Below are positions 63,247 to 64,000 of a stretch of 64,000 nt of DNA, in pieces. This stretch comes from an uncultured Planctomycetaceae bacterium (GTDB lineage: Bacteria; Planctomycetota; Planctomycetia; Planctomycetales; Planctomycetaceae). Every line of letters starts with the position of its first letter. Positions within the stretch are counted from its first letter, which is position 1. The stretch covers positions 128,001 through 192,000 of the forward strand of contig CAWFGE010000008.1 of the NCBI GenBank assembly GCA_963815195.1. Direction: 5' to 3'. The position numbers were made by a program, and so were the translations under genes. A model generated the notes under the pieces. That model was not told the origin of the DNA. It did no database searches and was given only the letters and a program-made list of their open reading frames with translations.

Positions 63247-63877
63247 CGGTTCTCTTGAAATCAAACCGCCGCCTAAGGATGAGGACTTTGACAGTGATGC
63301 CGTTGAAGTTCATTTAGGGGGAAAAATCTATGAGTGGGCTCGTCAGCCGGGCGGGTCCACTCTTACTATTTCGCTCTGGAAAAAAGCATCGCAGAGTAGC
63401 GGGGATGATTTCAGTTACAACGAGTTCGCGAAGCAGCACCTCAAGGAAGTTCCGCCGGACAATGCGGGAATCGTCACTCTTCGCCCACACACGTTTTATC
63501 TTGCGGATCTGAAGCAATTCACCAAGCTGCCGCACGATGTGGCGATGCATGTGCAAGGGAAAAGCAGCCTTGCGCGGTTGGGTGTCGTCATTCATCTGAC
63601 CGCTCCCCACGCCCATGCGGGTTGGCAGGGTTGGCTCACCCTGGAGATTTACAATTTGGGCCCATTCAACATCGAGTTGAAATCAGGAATGGCGATAGGT
63701 CAGCTCACGTTCTGGCGAGTTGAAGAGCCTGATGAGACATTGGTCCGCAAGAGTCAATTCTCAAACCAGGCCAATGCCGCGGGCGAGAAGATCGATCCAT
63801 CGGAAAGCCATCATTTCACGAAGCCCCGCAGAATCGCGGGGCTTTGTTTTTGCGCTGCGCTCGAGGAATCCGCGTAG
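63203..63877 (+). CDS. dcd: dCTP deaminase-like protein, trimeric dUTPase superfamily
   Basis: MSILS, AVEVHLG, LRPHTFYL, GKSSLARLG..IHLTA, GWQGWLTLEIYN, IGQLTF. Confidence 0.8.
   Translation: MSILSQIVIKKLLSDGSLEIKPPPKDEDFDSDAVEVHLGGKIYEWARQPGGSTLTISLWKKASQSSGDDFSYNEFAKQHLKEVPPDNAGIVTLRPHTFYLADLKQFTKLPHDVAMHVQGKSSLARLGVVIHLTAPHAHAGWQGWLTLEIYNLGPFNIELKSGMAIGQLTFWRVEEPDETLVRKSQFSNQANAAGEKIDPSESHHFTKPRRIAGLCFCAALEESA
63821..63851 (+). terminator. Terminator-like hairpin inside the 3' extension of the dcd ORF
   Basis: aagccccgc-agaatc-gcggggctt followed by tgttttt, just before the right direct repeat. Confidence 0.6.
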
Positions 63878-64000
63878 GCAACTGCCTCAACTTCCCCAGA
63901 CACTCCAATCCACCCCAAGCTCCACGGAACCGGGAGACTGACACCTCCCGCTCGCCTGGAGCAAGCTCCGCGGAACCGGAAGGGCTGACGTCTCCCGCTC

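Larger units (their letters stand above)
62767..63888. mobile_element. Small islet bounded by a perfect 36-bp direct repeat of the yggU 3' end
   Basis: CGCTGCGCTCGAGGAATCCGCGTAGGCAACTGCCTC at 62767-62802 and 63853-63888; the interior is visibly more AT-rich. Confidence 0.8.

Noticed and set aside
62767..63888. 36-bp direct repeat as a CRISPR array
   Set aside because: Only two copies, about 1 kb apart, with protein genes between them. The repeat is the yggU 3' end and no cas genes are present. No CRISPR array was seen anywhere in the window.

Overview
A 64 kb GC-rich chromosomal window, most likely from a Planctomycetota genome. Support for that: a PVC-type multiheme cytochrome, DUF1559 and zinc-ribbon membrane proteins, dense REP-like palindromes, and a tRNA-Ile/tRNA-Ala/23S/5S unit with no linked 16S. 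Housekeeping genes (gltX, hisB, hisC, rsmB, S41 protease, tsaD, upp, an MnmE-like GTPase, yggS, yggU) are mixed with anaerobic-type oxidoreductases (AOR family, two-gene PFOR) and small accessory cassettes. The strongest candidate for a new system is the minus-strand operon at 54403-58625. It encodes two divergent Ku-like proteins, an atypical ATP-dependent DNA ligase (WGR-like domain, Lys/Ala tail) and a BRCT-MerR-TPR protein. A stand-alone LigD 3'-phosphoesterase lies on the opposite strand. Together these look like a non-canonical, possibly heterodimeric-Ku end-joining module. Also notable: a dCTP-deaminase islet bounded by a perfect 36-bp duplication of the yggU 3' end, a toxin/immunity-like cassette between the two PFOR genes, and a full rRNA-type promoter between tRNA-Ala and 23S. 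About nine 1-2 bp frameshifts in otherwise intact genes suggest assembly indel errors. All family calls are by-eye motif recognition, not database searches.
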